Below are positions 24,115 to 37,279 of a DNA stretch of 64,000 bases, piece by piece. The stretch is taken from NCBI GenBank assembly GCA_013239625.1, contig MU056000.1, forward strand, positions 1,178,001 to 1,242,000, written 5' to 3'. The notes below the pieces were generated by a model that saw only the letters and a list, made by a program, of their open reading frames with translations, did not search any database and was not told the origin of the DNA. The stretch comes from Lama guanicoe (taxonomy: Eukaryota). Every line of letters begins with the position of its first letter. Positions within the stretch are counted from its first letter, which is position 1. Made by a program: the position numbers and the translations under genes.

Positions 24115-24420
24115 CCTGCGTTACTTGTGTAGAAACATTGGCACATTTAAAAGTCCCTGTAACTCGATAAAGCTTGCCAGGTATGCAGCTTTTAATGTAA
24201 GAATAACTGTACACAATTAAACTATTACCCTGCCCACTGGGAAAACTCATTTTATTTTTAGTTTTCATTATTGGGGTGGGGGTGATTCATGGAGATGTGT
24301 ATGTCTTGCCCATGCTGTAATAAATGGCTAATTAAAAAAAATTGAATTATGTTTCCTGATGATGTCAGCCCAGAAAATGTCATCACAGAAGAGCAATGGC
24401 GGCAGGTGACTTCCATGCAG
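24115..24420. promoter_or_regulatory. Candidate conserved non-coding element
   Basis: AT-rich unique sequence with CAATTAA, GTAATAAA, CTAATTAA and TGATGTCA motifs. Confidence 0.45.
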
Positions 24421-26839
24421 GCCTGAGGAGTTATGGTCCCCGGGTCTCCCGCAAGAAATAAGGACAGAAATGGGGGAGTTGCCCACCCCCGTTCTGAGGA
24501 TGTGATTTCTCCAGTGTAAGATTTAGTATTTATAAATTCGGCGCACGCACCCCCATGGCGCACGCAACAGCTTCAAGCCAGCTACAGGCCAAGAGAGACA
24601 ACGTTAACGCTGCTCCCTAGGAAGTGGGGCTTAGTGACGGACTTTGGGAAGCACAGTGCATTCCTCTCGATGCAACATTTGGTGGTAAAATCAGCTTTGT
24701 CCTGAGACTCCTAAAGCTATCAGAAGGGTGCGTGCGCCTGCCCGTGGATCACCGGCAGCAGCTCGAGCCCCCTCTGGTGTCCTCAGCTGCTTGCTCCGAG
24801 GGGGCGGGACTTGTCAGCGGCACTCCCACACCCACGGGGACTGACTGTTCCAGCAACTACGCGGGGGTGTTTGGGGAACAATCGTGTGTTTGGTCTACAC
24901 TTACCTTGTTTCCTGTCTGTGCTTTTCTGCGAAAATCAAATCTCCCAAGTCAGGCTTGGGCTACCTATAGCCTCTGAGGCCTGTGCCTGCCTGGGGTGGA
25001 CTCTGGGAGACCGGCTGGCTCGCCGTGTCCGGCCCCAGCCCTGAAGGGTGTGCACACAGCTGCACGGAGCATGGGCATCTCGGGAAGTAAACCGAGGGCA
25101 CACTGAGGGAAGAAAATTCCCGGCTGGTAAATCAGCCTTTTGCCAAACCTCATTTACACGGAGATACCGGCTGATGAAATTTTACACACGTTGAAATGGT
25201 AGTTCCCACAGACACCAGGACGAGCTAACAAAGCCAGATGTGAGTCTGTAAGTAACTCCTGGAACTGGGTTTCTCTCCTCCCAAAATCCGATCATCGAAA
25301 TAATTGAAGGAGTGGCCTTTCAGGATGGAAGCCGAAGTGGTGGTTCCAAATGGACGCTTGCGCTGCCCTGCATCAGGACGGCTGAGCATCCTGCCACGTG
25401 CAGAAGGGCGTCTGTCCCAGGACAGGGTTCACAACCACGCGTAGATCAGGCCACGGCGGTGGTCGCTCACTCCCGTTCCCGCCCCACTGGCTTTCCCCCA
25501 GGGACAGCGAGAGGGAACCTGCAGTGTCTGCGGGGCTGGGTGTGCTTGTGCTGGGCGCTCTCAGGGCTGATGGAGCAGTTCTTCCCGTCGCCCTTCGGTG
25601 TTGACTCCTGCTGCTCCGACTTTCCTTCCCCAGAAAGGAGGGGTTCGAATCTCCTGCAGAAAGAGCGGGACTGGACTGGGCAGAGCTCCAGCATCCTGTC
25701 AGCCCCCACAGGGGGCCCGCAGCTGCGGACCGCCGAGCGGACCCCCCGTTTTCCAGAGACTCCGCTGCCCGGGGTGTGGACCTTCTGCCTCAACGTCACA
25801 TCATCCTGGGTGGGCCTGTGAGCGTGTTTCTGGGTGTGAGTAGCATTTGAATGGCTGGGCGGAGTGACAGCCTTGCCCTTCGCAGTGTGGGGCTCACTGA
25901 CCCGCCGAGGGCCTGGACAGAGCGAAGGCAGAGGAAGGGAGAGGCCAGCGCTCCTGCCCGACGGCTGAGCGGGGACACGTCTTCTGCTCTCAGACCCGGA
26001 TTTGAACTTTTCACTCTCCTGGTCTCAGGCCTGTGACTTGAACAGAGCTGACAGGCTTTCCTGGGGCTTCAGTTTTCAGGGGACAGAGCCTGGGGCTCCC
26101 TGCATCCATGTCCACATGAGCTGGCTCCTCAGTGTCTGCCGTCTGTCTGTCCATCATCAGTCTGTGTGTCTATTTACCTGTCTGTCCATCCATCCATCCA
26201 CCATCATCTGTCTGTTACCCGCCCCCCATGGCCTCTCTTCCTCTGGAGAGCCCTGTGTGATGCAGCGCTCACAGGTCAATACACGTTTCTGTGAAGGGGC
26301 AAGATTTAAGCTGCAGAATACCTGAATTTTCTATAAAATGAAGAGCTTTCAAATAAAATGACAGACTTTTGTGGGCAAAGCACCCGAAGGGACTGGAGAG
26401 GCACCCCAGAGCCGTGTGTGGTGTGTCCGCCGAGGGAGCATCCCGCTTCTGGGCAGGCGGCCGGAGGCCCGTCCCGTGAAGGCACTGAGACCCCCTCCGT
26501 GGCCCCACAGGAAGGCAGTTCAGTGGGTTTTGACACCAATATTCTACTTATGTTTCTAATGTTGCTTTATTTTCTCTTGTTTTCTTTAAACTCTTTCAAG
26601 TCTTTCGGGGAGGCAATTATGATAGGTGTGTATATAAGTAAGAAGGAAATGTTAATGATCACCAGAACCGAGGCGTGTGGGTGACGTGGGTGCTTGGGTC
26701 AGGTGCCCAGCACTGACAGTCGAGGACCCAGCGGCACCTGCTGCCCCGTCCCCACTGTGAGCCCCTGAGCCACAGCAAGGTGACATGTACATCTGACCCA
26801 GGGAGGCCTCGCCTGGGGTTAGTTACAAGGGGGAGTCGA

Positions 26840-27000
26840 GGAGCCAGTCGATCTGGCTTTGAGTTCCGACTCACCATTTTACTGGCAGATCGGAGACTAC
26901 GCACGTGTTTTCTCCTCAGCTGGACAATAAACAGTTGTCCGTGATTGCAGAGCCCTCGTGAGGGTTAAGTGCACAGCTGGCCATGAGCACAATGCTTGGG
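26840..27000 (+). mobile_element. MIR fragment
   Basis: gatctggctttgagttccgactcaccattttactgg...gtgttttctcctcagctg...gtgagggttaagtg resembles the MIR core. Confidence 0.5.
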
Positions 27001-27746
27001 GAGCAGCAATTTCTTACAAAATGTTAGGCGTTATTGAATCTGAATTCAGGGTCAACCCCGTGAATTATATAACAAATGTTCCACTAGTGGGAGGGAGTGT
27101 TCCAGAAACTGGCTGTTTGCCAGCCGTGCCTTTGTGGGGCTGGAGGGGGTGCGGGGCCATGTGAGTGGTGAGGGCGAGGCCCTCCATCCCCCCGGAGCAC
27201 TCTGCTCTCCACCAGTCAGGCCCCCAGTCTGTCTACAGGCACATCCTAGAGATAGCGTCATCTCCTTTATTACAAAAAAGTCCCTTTGTCCTTGCTTCTC
27301 TACGGAGGACGTGGGTTGGCAGGAACAATTCCATTGGCTGCATCAGAGTTTTTCCCATTTATTACAAAAAAGCCTAGATTTTCCTAATATTGGAAAAATA
27401 AAGACATGTTTGTAGTCTTTCTTTTCCCTGACACTGCAGCAATCTTTGATTTAGCTTCCCTTCTAGGCACCCTCTGGTGTGTGACCCCGCGGAGGAGTCA
27501 GGACCACATCCAGCTCCTTCTGGGCAGCGGGTGGCAGGACACATTCCAACACCCACCAGGACCTGTCACAGCTTTTGGCTGGTCAACTTGCAGCAGGAAA
27601 ATGTTGCAGTGGGAAGAAGCTACAGGCCCCAGCAAGCCCAGGGAACTGGGGAAGGCTCTCCAGGAGAGCAGGTCCCAGGAATTTAGTCCCAAACTAGGTT
27701 TTCCTGGGAGAAGCTCTCAGCTTTATAGTTGTAGGAGGGTGGTTTC

Positions 27747-28606
27747 ATGCTCAGTATCACTAATTATTAGCGAAATGCAAATCAAAACTACAATGAGGTA
27801 TCACCTCACACCAGTCAGAACAGCCATCATTAAAAAGTCTNNNNNNNNNNNNNNNNNNNNNNNNNNNNNNNNNNNNNNNNNNNNNNNNNNNNNNNNNNNN
27901 NNNNNNNNNNNNNNNNNNNNNNNNNNNNNNNNNNNNNNNNNNNNNNNNNNNNNNNNNNNNNNNNNNNNNNNNNNNNNNNNNNNNNNNNNNNNNNNNNNNN
28001 NNNNNNNNNNNNNNCTATAATTTGAAAAGTCACCTGCACCCCAATATTCACAGAAGCACTGTTTACAGTAGCCAAGACAAGGAGACAACTTAGATGTCCA
28101 TCAACAGATGACTGGATAAAGACAATGCGGTGTATTTATACAATGGAACATGAATCAACCATAAAAAAGAATTAAATAATGCCATTTGCAGCAACATGAT
28201 GGATGTAGAGATGATCATATTAAGTGAAGTAAGTCAGACAAAGACAAATATCATATGATATCACTTACATGTGGAATCTAAAAAAAGGTGCAAATTTTAT
28301 TTACAAACCAGAAATAGACTCATGGACATAAAAAACAGACTGTGGCTACCAGAGGAGAAGAGGTGGAAGGGATAGACTGGGAGTTTGGGGTTAGTAGATA
28401 CACATGACTGTGTATAAAATAGATAAACAACAGAGACCTACTGTGTAGCCCAAGGAACTATATTCAATTTCTTGTAAGGAACTGTAATGGGAAAGAATCT
28501 GAAAAAACCACACATGTATACGTATAATGAATCACCTTGTTGTACACATGACACTAACATTGCAAACCAACTACACTTTAATAAAAATAAGAATAAAAAA
28601 AGAAAA
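27747..28606 (+). mobile_element. 5'-truncated cetartiodactyl-type L1 3' end with polyA tail, containing a 174-nt N run (27841-28014)
   Basis: SLIISEMQIKTTMRYHLTPVRTAIIKKS (ORF2 C-terminus); 3' UTR gggatagactgggagtttggggttagtagatac...gaatcaccttgttgtacac...; A-rich tail at 28580-28606. Confidence 0.92.
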
Positions 28607-30379
28607 CAGATTTTGGAGTAGGAAAGACAAGGGTCCTTCTCTTCCACGTGCTGGTCTGCGACTCAAGGAAAGTTCCTTATACTCCTTGAGACTCAGCACA
28701 CTTATTTCAAAAATACAGAGTGAACAACCGCCTCCTGTGGCCTCTGTGACGAGGAAACTATCAACTCAGGTGAAGCCGTCACCAGAGCACTTGTCCCCCC
28801 ACTGTGATCTGTGAAGACGGGGGCTTGAGTGTAAGCCGGGGCTCCATGCTCCTCCCAAGGGCCCACTTGACTAGGATGCATCCTCGGACGCACACACGCA
28901 CACTTACACACTCACACGTGTGCTCCAGAACACACGTAAACACAAGACAGGTCTTGAACAGAAACGGAACATTGTTGAAATTCCCTCAAGTAGCGGCAGA
29001 GGCCAAAGTTCTATCCCATGAGACTCAACAGAACATATCCCGACGCCCTTCTCTGCTCTGGGTCCCAGGCTCCCGGCTGCCTCCCTCTGGAAGCTCTCCC
29101 TGATTCGTTCTCCAGCAGGGGCGACCCTCCACCGCCCTGTGCAGAGCAACCTTCTACCTTCTGCTGGCCTCTCCCGCGTAGAGTTCTAGCCACCCGTCCG
29201 AGAAGGAAAACGAAAAAAATCTGCAGGCCCCTCGCTAGGAGGTGAGGGCAGAGGGAACTCTAAAAGCTTTTCGTATTTCCATGCCTGACTCTGTGGCTAT
29301 CATGATAAAACAGAAATGTTCTTTCAGAATGCTGATAACCCATGCCAATTTCTGAAATATTTTCCCTGTAATTTCATGGGAAAAAATTCTGTGGCTTGTC
29401 AACGCCACATCATGAATCTCCATCCATATGTTCCTGGTCGCTTCCCTGATTGTTTGCTTCTTTGTTGGTTTCCCACTGAAGTGGGCGAGCTCAGGACAGA
29501 GGACCCAGCCCGTGCCCTGGGGGCTCAGGATTCCCAGATGCACACAGAAGACTTTCCGTTCCTGACTGAAAATAAAAGCCTACTGCGTGCGGTGGCCAAT
29601 GTTCATCTAAATGACCGAAAATCTCATGAAAAAGAGGCTCATCCCCTTTAGAATCTGGTGATTCTCCCGTTTGTCTGTGTGACCTTTTACTGTCAGACGC
29701 TGAGACATGGCAAGGTCCCCCAGGGACGGGCGACTGTTTTTCTACATCTCCTGGTTCTTCAGAAAAAATCACAAATGGTTAAAGCTCTGCATCTGGGTTG
29801 TACTTTCCATTCCCGATAATTGCCAAAGTATGTGCTATCAAGTATTTACAGCAGAGTCAGGCATAAAGCATGTGACTCAAGGAGCACGAGCTGTCCATTT
29901 GTGCTGCTCCGGACGCAGTTTGGCCAGTTCAGGAATTAGGAATGAGATTTCAGGAGAAGCCAAAGGCACACTTGTTTATGATAAATATTTCAAGGATCAG
30001 TCATATAATGCGGCCCACCCGGACTGCCCCTGGGGTGACCGGTTTCCCGCCTTCTCCCTGCCCCTGCCCCAGGTGCCGGCACCCGGTTCACAGGGAACTG
30101 CAACGCGTTTTCTTGCCTGGAAATCTCTGCAATGAATAGGGGGGAGCCCTTCTGTGACACTGGAATTTAGGGTGAGGGGATTGGGAAGGAACACGGCTCC
30201 CGCAGCCCAGAGCTCATTATCTGGGGAGCTGGAAACAGCCCAGACACCTCCCGGCAAGTCTGCGAGACAGGCCACGCCTGGGTGCCCCAGGACGTCTCAG
30301 CACGTGGCCACGCCATGCCACCCCTCCACACAGTTGGGTCTTTCTTTGAGCGCCCCGCCCTAGAGATACACGGTATGAA

Positions 30380-30995
30380 GCTGGAATTTACACATTGAGT
30401 TTACTTAACTTCTATAAGATTCACTCAAGATAAAACAGTTTCTTTTACACTTAGTGAAGTATTTATCGACGTTCATTTGGAGTCTTGTTTTCAGCAGATT
30501 GCTTTATTCCCCCAGAGGAGAGCATTTGCATTTTGGATTAGAGGGAGATTTTGTCGTATTTGAAGTCCCTTTAATCATAATAAAACATGTTGGAATGGTG
30601 TTGAACACGCTTATAAAAAATACGTGTATTTGCATTGGCGAGAAGCCTTCTGGAAAACGCCAAGAATTTCCAGGCACTTTTCAGATGCTCCAGATAACAC
30701 ATGATCGTTTTGCTGTTTCCATAAGCAGCTGGATTGCCTTAATTCATTCTGTATCGAGAAATGCAGGCAGGATAAAGTTGTGCCACGTACTGCGGATTCC
30801 TCTCATTTACTGGCTTGCCCTAAATGTTGTTGTTAGACGCTCACAGGATGATAGGCTGTTGAAGGAAACATAGATATCATTTCTTCTACTTCGAGGAAAA
30901 GCAACTGTAAACTTTCCCAGAATAATGAATAAAAACACATCCTGCTTTTAAATACCATCACAATTTAAGAGATAAAACCTTGGAATTATAAATTT
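30380..30995. promoter_or_regulatory. Candidate conserved non-coding element with two POU octamers
   Basis: AT-rich unique block; ATTTGCAT at 30524-30531 and 30628-30635; TAATCATAATAAAA and CTTAATTC. Confidence 0.4.
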
Positions 30996-32100
30996 GCTAG
31001 TGACAAGTTCTTCTCGTTTTCTGTCTTCTGAGAATGTCTTTATTTCTCCGTCACTCCTGAAGCGCAGCTTTGCTGGTTAGAGACGTCACAGCTCAGCTGT
31101 TCTTCAAGCACAGCCGCTAAGTGCCGTGCCACTTCCTTCCGGCCTCCGCGGTTCAGGGTGCAGAGTCTGCTGTCATTCATGCGCATGTTCCTGGTGGTCC
31201 ACGTTCAGAAGTTTAATTATGATATGTTGGCCTGCTTTTGTTTCTGATTTATCCAGTTTGGAGTTTGCGTGTCGTGTTGTTTGTGTAGGGTTGTGTTGTT
31301 CACCAAATTTAGGGCATTTCCGGTTGTGATTTCTTCAAATGCTACTTTAGCCTCATGCTTTCTCCCCGGAGAGGAGATCCCCGTGACAGGGCTGCGGGAC
31401 CCTTGGTTACCATCCTGCTGGTCCGTGAGGCTCTCCTCTTCCCCCCGTCTACCTCCTTCCCGTTGTTCAGGTCGGGTAAACGCCACTGATCTTCCTCAGG
31501 TTTACTGACTACGTCCCCATCGGCGCCACACACCTGCTGAGCCCGTCCAGGCAGGCTCCAGTGGTTAGATCTCTCAGGTCTATGGTTTCCACTTGGCTGT
31601 TCTTATAACTTCTGTTTCTTTGCTGTGATTTTCTTTCACTTGTTCTAAGGCCATTTGCAGTTGGTTGTTGAAGAACCTTCATGGCAGCTGCTTGGACACC
31701 CGTGGCGGGTAACTCCAGCACCGAGCTGCTTCGGCTGCCGCCAGCCGTTGTCTCTTCCCATTCCAGCCGGCTGTTTTGCTTCTCGGTGTCGTGGTGGTTT
31801 TCTACCGGACATTCTGTCTGCTTTGTTAGGAGAGACTGAACGCTACCAAATGTTCTGTTTTAACGAGCAGCCACGCTGTGTGGGCTGTGGTTCCAGTGGT
31901 GGTTTATTTTTGTGGCCTCTATCTTGCTGTTCAGTCAGCTGGGTGCAAGCGGCACTGCGTGCTCACAGTGGCCCCTGCGGGTACTGGCCTAGAGGGTGGT
32001 CCAGGGTCCTGCCACGGCCCCCGGTGTCTCCTGTTGGTTAGAGCATCCTCGGGCCCGGGAGGGAGGAGCCCTCCCTGGATGGTACTTTTCATGAGGGATG
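30995..32100 (-). mobile_element. Ancient L1M 5' end/ORF1 fragment, antisense
   Basis: tctgagaatgtctttatttctccgtcactcctgaagcgcagctttgctgg, tgccacttccttccggcctcc, ttcagaagtttaattatgatatg and ccaaatttagggcatttccggttgtgatttcttcaaat are antisense L1 ORF1 hallmarks. Confidence 0.8.
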
Positions 32101-32896
32101 TCCATGAGTGTCTCTGGCTGCCTCAGTGTCTCTGAACAGGGGAGGGGGCTCCAGCCCCAGCTCAGCGTGGAGGAAGGTGAAGCAGACGAGGCTCTCTAGT
32201 GGAGAGTGAACAGGGGCCAGGCCCACAGCAGGAACCACGGCGGGGCGGGAACTTCAGCAGACATGCTGGAGGGGCCGGGCCGGCAGCTGGGGTGTTTCCA
32301 CTGGTACTGGGACGTCCCAGTGCCGGGAGGGCGGCAGGGCAGCAGGTGCCGGGGGGCGGGAGGACGAGCTGGCTCTGCACCCCCTCTCTCCTGTTCTGTG
32401 CGGGGCTTCTTCACTGAAGGACTGTTTGTGCTGGCGGGTGGCGTTTTAATGTAACTGCGTTTTTCCTTTAGCACAGATTCCACGAGAAACTGAAGTCAAA
32501 CTAGATCCCATTGTGGTATTTCCTCACCTTTTAAATTAGTAGAAAGCCCACAGGTTGAGGGCATGTTTGACAGGTAGCTTTATTCATCTCTGGGCAGAAA
32601 GTAGGCAAAACGCCTGAAGGGACAGCCGGGGCCAACGCTGTCCTCACCAGTGAGGTGGCGCAGAGCTGGGACCCCATCCTCGTCCCCCCTGCTCACGGGG
32701 GGAGCAGAGGTCGCGGCGCAGGCTCCAGAAATTAGTCCAACTCCCCAGCAGCACTGGGGGCCCCCAGTTCGTGGAAGAGACCCCAGAGGCGGGAAAAGAG
32801 GTGGCCGTGGCCGCAGGGACCCCATGGCGTGCTTCAAGTCGGGGGAACGCCATCCAGTTTTCAGGGAAAGTTTAAGATTCAGATCAATTCTGCATT

Positions 32897-33447
32897 AAAA
32901 AATTGACTCCATTTTTAAAAACAGTTTTGGATTTTACAGAAAGCCTTAGCAGAAAGTACAGAAAGTTCTCAGGTGCCCTCGTCCCCGCTCTGACTTCCCC
33001 CGTTGGTGATGCCTTGCTGCGGTGCAGGGCGGCTGCACAGTTACGAACCCACATTAGCACGTTATCATTCACCGAAGCTCCCCTGGGGTCGCCGCTGTCT
33101 GCTGTGCCTTCCACGGGCTTTGGCAAATGGGTGATACTGTGTCCACCGCTGTACTGTCACACAGAGCAGGGTCACGGCCCTAAAGGTCCCCTGCGCTCCC
33201 CATGCTCACCCCTCCCGCCCCCGAACCCTGGCCACCTCTGGTCTCCTCATGTCTCCACAGTTTCGCCTTTCCCAGACTGCCGCACAGGGGGTGGTCCTTT
33301 CAGATCGGCTTACTTCCCTCAGTCATATGCATTAAGATTCCTCCGTGTCTTTTTGTGGCTTGGAAAGTCATTTCTTTTTAGCTGAATAACATTCCACTGC
33401 CTGGATGGACCACAGCTTAAACGCCTGGTCCCCGACTGAGGGGCATG
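32897..33447 (-). mobile_element. L1MC1/L1MC2-like 3' end, antisense
   Basis: cagttttggattttacagaaagccttagcagaaagtacagaaagttc; ccctggccacctctggtctcctcatgtctccacagtttcgcctttcccagactg; tatgcattaagattcctccgtgtcttttt. Confidence 0.85.
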
Positions 33448-33899
33448 CATCCTGCCCCGTCGGCGTTTCTGGAGGAAGAGCATGCGGTTAAGATACACTG
33501 TGTATTTTTAAGGGACGGAAACTTTGGAGTCCCTGGGCTTTGGTTTCTATGAGCCTAAGTTTTCCAAGGTGCGACTGAACTGTGCAGAAAAGTCAGAAGC
33601 TAAAAGGAGCAAATATTTGTGAACAGCTTTTAGCTCTGCTGATCACTTACTTAGGTTGCGGGTTAGGTCACCGAGCAGGTCAAATGAATACTCACATTTT
33701 CCGTTTTTGACAGATACATGGTTTGACTCCTTGGCGGCCACAATGAAGGTAAATATGACATTCAGTTGTAATCACCTGCCACGTGACACAAACACAGACA
33801 CATGACCGGGATGTGCCTGGGGGCACCGCTGCCTTCCCAGGTCTCACCCGCCGCCCCCGTTACAGCCGGTCTAGAGGGGGGTGGGGAGAACGGGGACGA

Positions 33900-35370
33900 A
33901 GAGCCAGAAACACGGCGCTCAGCAGACGGACGTCGTACAAGGTGCTGCTTTGTCCTTGACCTCTGTAGTTCTTACTTTTAAAAACTTCAAACCCCACCTT
34001 GTCTGACAGCACAGTCTGAGCCTTACCTTGAAATACATAGAATTAAACAACGCGGTCACTTGTGGGCACAAACGATGGTAACACAGCTTTTCCCCTTCCG
34101 CGCGCAACCACACAGGTGCGGCCGGCTCGGTCGCCTCTGATGCCAAGGGTGCCTTCGCCGCTCTGTTTCAGAGGCAGGACTTTTCCCAAGAACTTTGTTA
34201 CCTAAAAAAACAATAATCCTTTGCCCGAAGTGAGACCTCATGAACGCTCCCGTTTTCGTCACGACGGTGGACGTTACGTTCCTTCCGCGCCCAGCAGAAG
34301 CACGGAAACCCGCTGCGCGGGAGAGCGGCGGCTGCAGGGCGTGTGGGCGCGGCATGCAGGCAGCAGGGCCCGGCGCCGTCGGCCACCCTCAGATGGCGCC
34401 CGTCAGGGCGGCTTGCATCGGGCACCGACGCCATGCGACGCGCGGTTAGGGACACTCCAGCCACACTTGGGAAGTTCGGCAGAAGGCGTCTCTTCCCATT
34501 TAGGCTTTTTTTGTAATTTTTTTCCCTGAACGTGTTAAACAAGAGAGGCCCTTATGTGTGCAGCGTCGGGACAAGGGGAGCCGCCGGAGATCACCGGCGT
34601 AAGCAACTCGGACGCCCCCATTACAGCGCCCGGCCCGGCTTTTATCTGGCTGTGACATCATTTCAATCAAAATGTAAAATAATACAGTCCAATTGTTGCA
34701 AGAGGGGGAGCGCGGACACAGCCGGCTGCACTTAGTCATTTAATAAAAGGAGGAGAGGAAGGCGGTGGCCCTGCGACAGCGGCGAGGGTGGAGCCCCGGA
34801 GCGCGCTGCCCACTGGAGCCGAGGGCGGGGCGCCCATCACTGCGGGGGCACAGCCTCCCGCGCTCCTTCCCTTTGTTCGTTTAATTAACCAAAGCGTGAA
34901 ATCCCCCTATTGGCGCTTCCTCCTCCAAGCCTCCATCACTTTGCCCCCTCCGAGCAGGGATTTTATTCATTTCCTTTGTCTCCTTTGAATTTTTTTTTTA
35001 ACGGTGATGTGTTTCAAGACTGTCAAATCATCATGAGAAGAAAAACAGAATTCCAGGGCAAGGGCACGGTCGCGACTGCTCACTGCGGAAGCAGTCATGG
35101 GCCCGTCTCCCCCTCGCAGCACTTTTGTACCAAAGTTTCCCCTTCAGTTTCGAGACTTTGCAGGCCTGGGGGGAGGGACGGGGCGCGTCCCCTGCTTCGT
35201 GTCAGGGTGGTCAACACGGTGGTAACCAGCGCTCCCACTGAGCCCGAGGGCGGAGGGAGAGGCGGAGGCCGCGCTGCAGCGGGAAGGGCCCGAGCGCGCT
35301 CCCGTGCCGCCCGTCCCCCGGGCCCTGGGCGTCCTGGACCCGGACCCTGACCGCGAACAGCCCGTTTCAG
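33900..35370. promoter_or_regulatory. Orphan CpG island with embedded AT-rich motif cores
   Basis: Dense CpG by inspection; AT-rich cores at about 34490-34550, 34640-34750 and 34870-35050 (TTTAATTAAC, CATTTAATAAAA, ATCAAAA); CTCF-like CCCTCAGATGGCGCC at 34386-34400 (+). Confidence 0.6.
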
Positions 35371-36339
35371 GTCGTCAGCGAGTTGATGGTCTTCCCTTGA
35401 ACTGTACTCAGTTCATAGCGATCAGTCCTTTTCAAAAGGAAATAATCCACTTTCCGTCAATATTTCCGACCAGCTGCACACAAACGGGCTTCAATGAGCC
35501 CTAAAATGAGGTCACGTGACGGGACCGCTTGGCGGCGTCTGTGTGCTCTCCCAGGAGGACTGCAGGGCTGTGGCACTGCGGCTCCGGACGAGTGCATTTC
35601 CTTTCCCTGGCAGAAGAGCGACGGGTGCACTCCCGCCACCTCCCCGGCCTCAGGAAGCGCACAGCGCGGGCAGAACGCTGGTGTCTCTGTCGTGGAAGTT
35701 ACGGAACAGCGAGCTCCGTTATGACCAGGAGCAGAACGAGGAGTCAGGAGCCTGGGTGACCTGCCCAAGAGGAAGTGAAGTGGGGCCTCCAGCCGCGCTC
35801 CAGGCTGGAGACAAGGCTCCCCACTGGGAGGGGCTGGGCTGCCCCACCCCTGGTCTCGGTGACTCCCACCCGCCACGGGAAGGGGTGGAGACTCGGGAGG
35901 AGGCGTGGCCTCCGTGTGCGCGGATGCTCTCTGGCTTTCTGCCCCACCCTTGCCTGTCGGGGAGGAGTGCTCCCTGACCCCCCACAGATCCAGGGCCTCC
36001 AAGGACAGCGTTCGTGGGACTGGGGCTCTTATCGGGGGCTCGGACTGAGCGGTGGGGGGCTGGTCTTTGTGCTGCTGCCCAGGGCCTGAGGAGGATGCTC
36101 TGAGACCATTCTTAGGACCCCCTGAAGTGCCACTTGAGACTCTGTAGGTGGGCGGCCAAGAGACTCTGCCCGGGAGCTCCCGGAGGGCAGGTGGCTGGAA
36201 GCCGTGGCTGCGGGTGAGGCCGAGGGCCCGGCAGCCCGGCTGGGGTGCTGAGTCTCCGTGGCAGTGGCGGTTGTGGAGGGGTGGGCTCGAGCCATCCTGA
36301 CCAGCAGCCCCTCCTGCCTGGTGTTTGGGTTCCCAGCAC

Positions 36340-36755
36340 GATGTCTGTCCACAGTCACCCTCGTGCTGGGATACCCGCCTCTTGTGATGGGATGTGAAGA
36401 CCCATCGTGTACACCCCACGCTGAGTCTGGGCTGGTCCCTTGTGTGTGTTTGGCCAACAGAAGCTGGCAGGGTGACTGTGAGACAGTCCCGGGCCCAGGA
36501 CCCTGCTGGCTGACTTGAGATCATCGTGTGAACCAGCCCGAGCTGGCCTGGTGGGTGAAGGCAGGCCCGTGGCCCTGCTGACAGCTGGCTGCCCTCCTGT
36601 CAGGTGACCGGGGCCACCCCAGGCCCCGCAGAGGCCAGCCCGGCCCAGGTCTGCAGACTTGCTGAGTTGACCGGTCACCTCATGAGCCCTTGGGAACCTA
36701 CCACCTGAGTCGCAGAGCACGGGGTAGGTGTGATGCAGCCAGAGGTGGCCGGCAT
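36340..36755 (+). mobile_element. MLT1F/G/H-like MaLR LTR
   Basis: ccccacgctgagtctgggctggtcccttgtgtgtgtttggccaacagaagctggcagggtgac...catcgtgtgaaccagcccgagctggcctg; end ggggtaggtgtgatgcagccagagg. Confidence 0.6.
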
Positions 36756-37279
36756 GGGCTGTCCCAGAGTGTGGCCCCCTCTGCATCGGGACAAGGAAAA
36801 GGGGTTCCCTGTGGAGACGGTCCTTCCCACAGGCACACCCACAAAAGCAGATGACTGGTGGCCGGGGACAGACCCAGCACCGCAGGCCCTGAAGGCTGGA
36901 CCCTGGGAGAGGAAGTGCGAGAAGCTGAAGCCCTATGGGGGCCCGTCCCACTGCAGGGCTGAGCTGCGGGTCCGACCTGAGGTGGAGGGAGGCGAGGGTC
37001 TGAGCCGCGTGAGACCCTGAGGCTTTGACTCAGCCAGGCTGGAGGTCTTCATATCATAAATGAGCACCACTTGGAACCAGGGACCGGGAGCCCAGGGATT
37101 TGGTCAAGGTGCCTGGGAGGCCGGGATGGAGTCCAGGGCCTGGCTGGGAGTGACACGCGGCCAAAGGGTCCCCACGTGCTCCCACCTCAATAAATCAGCC
37201 CCACGGATTTCAGAGGTGGGCGTGGCGGGCGGCCCCTGACGGGCGTGTGGGCCTGCTGGCAGGCTCTCTGAACACGGGT

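Noticed and set aside
23360-24268. ORFs spanning N runs
   Set aside because: Their length is an artefact of X residues.
35457-36524. Longest ORF (355 aa, minus strand)
   Set aside because: Pro/Gly/Arg/Ser-rich composition typical of GC-rich non-coding DNA; it overlaps an MLT1 LTR and has no recognisable domain.
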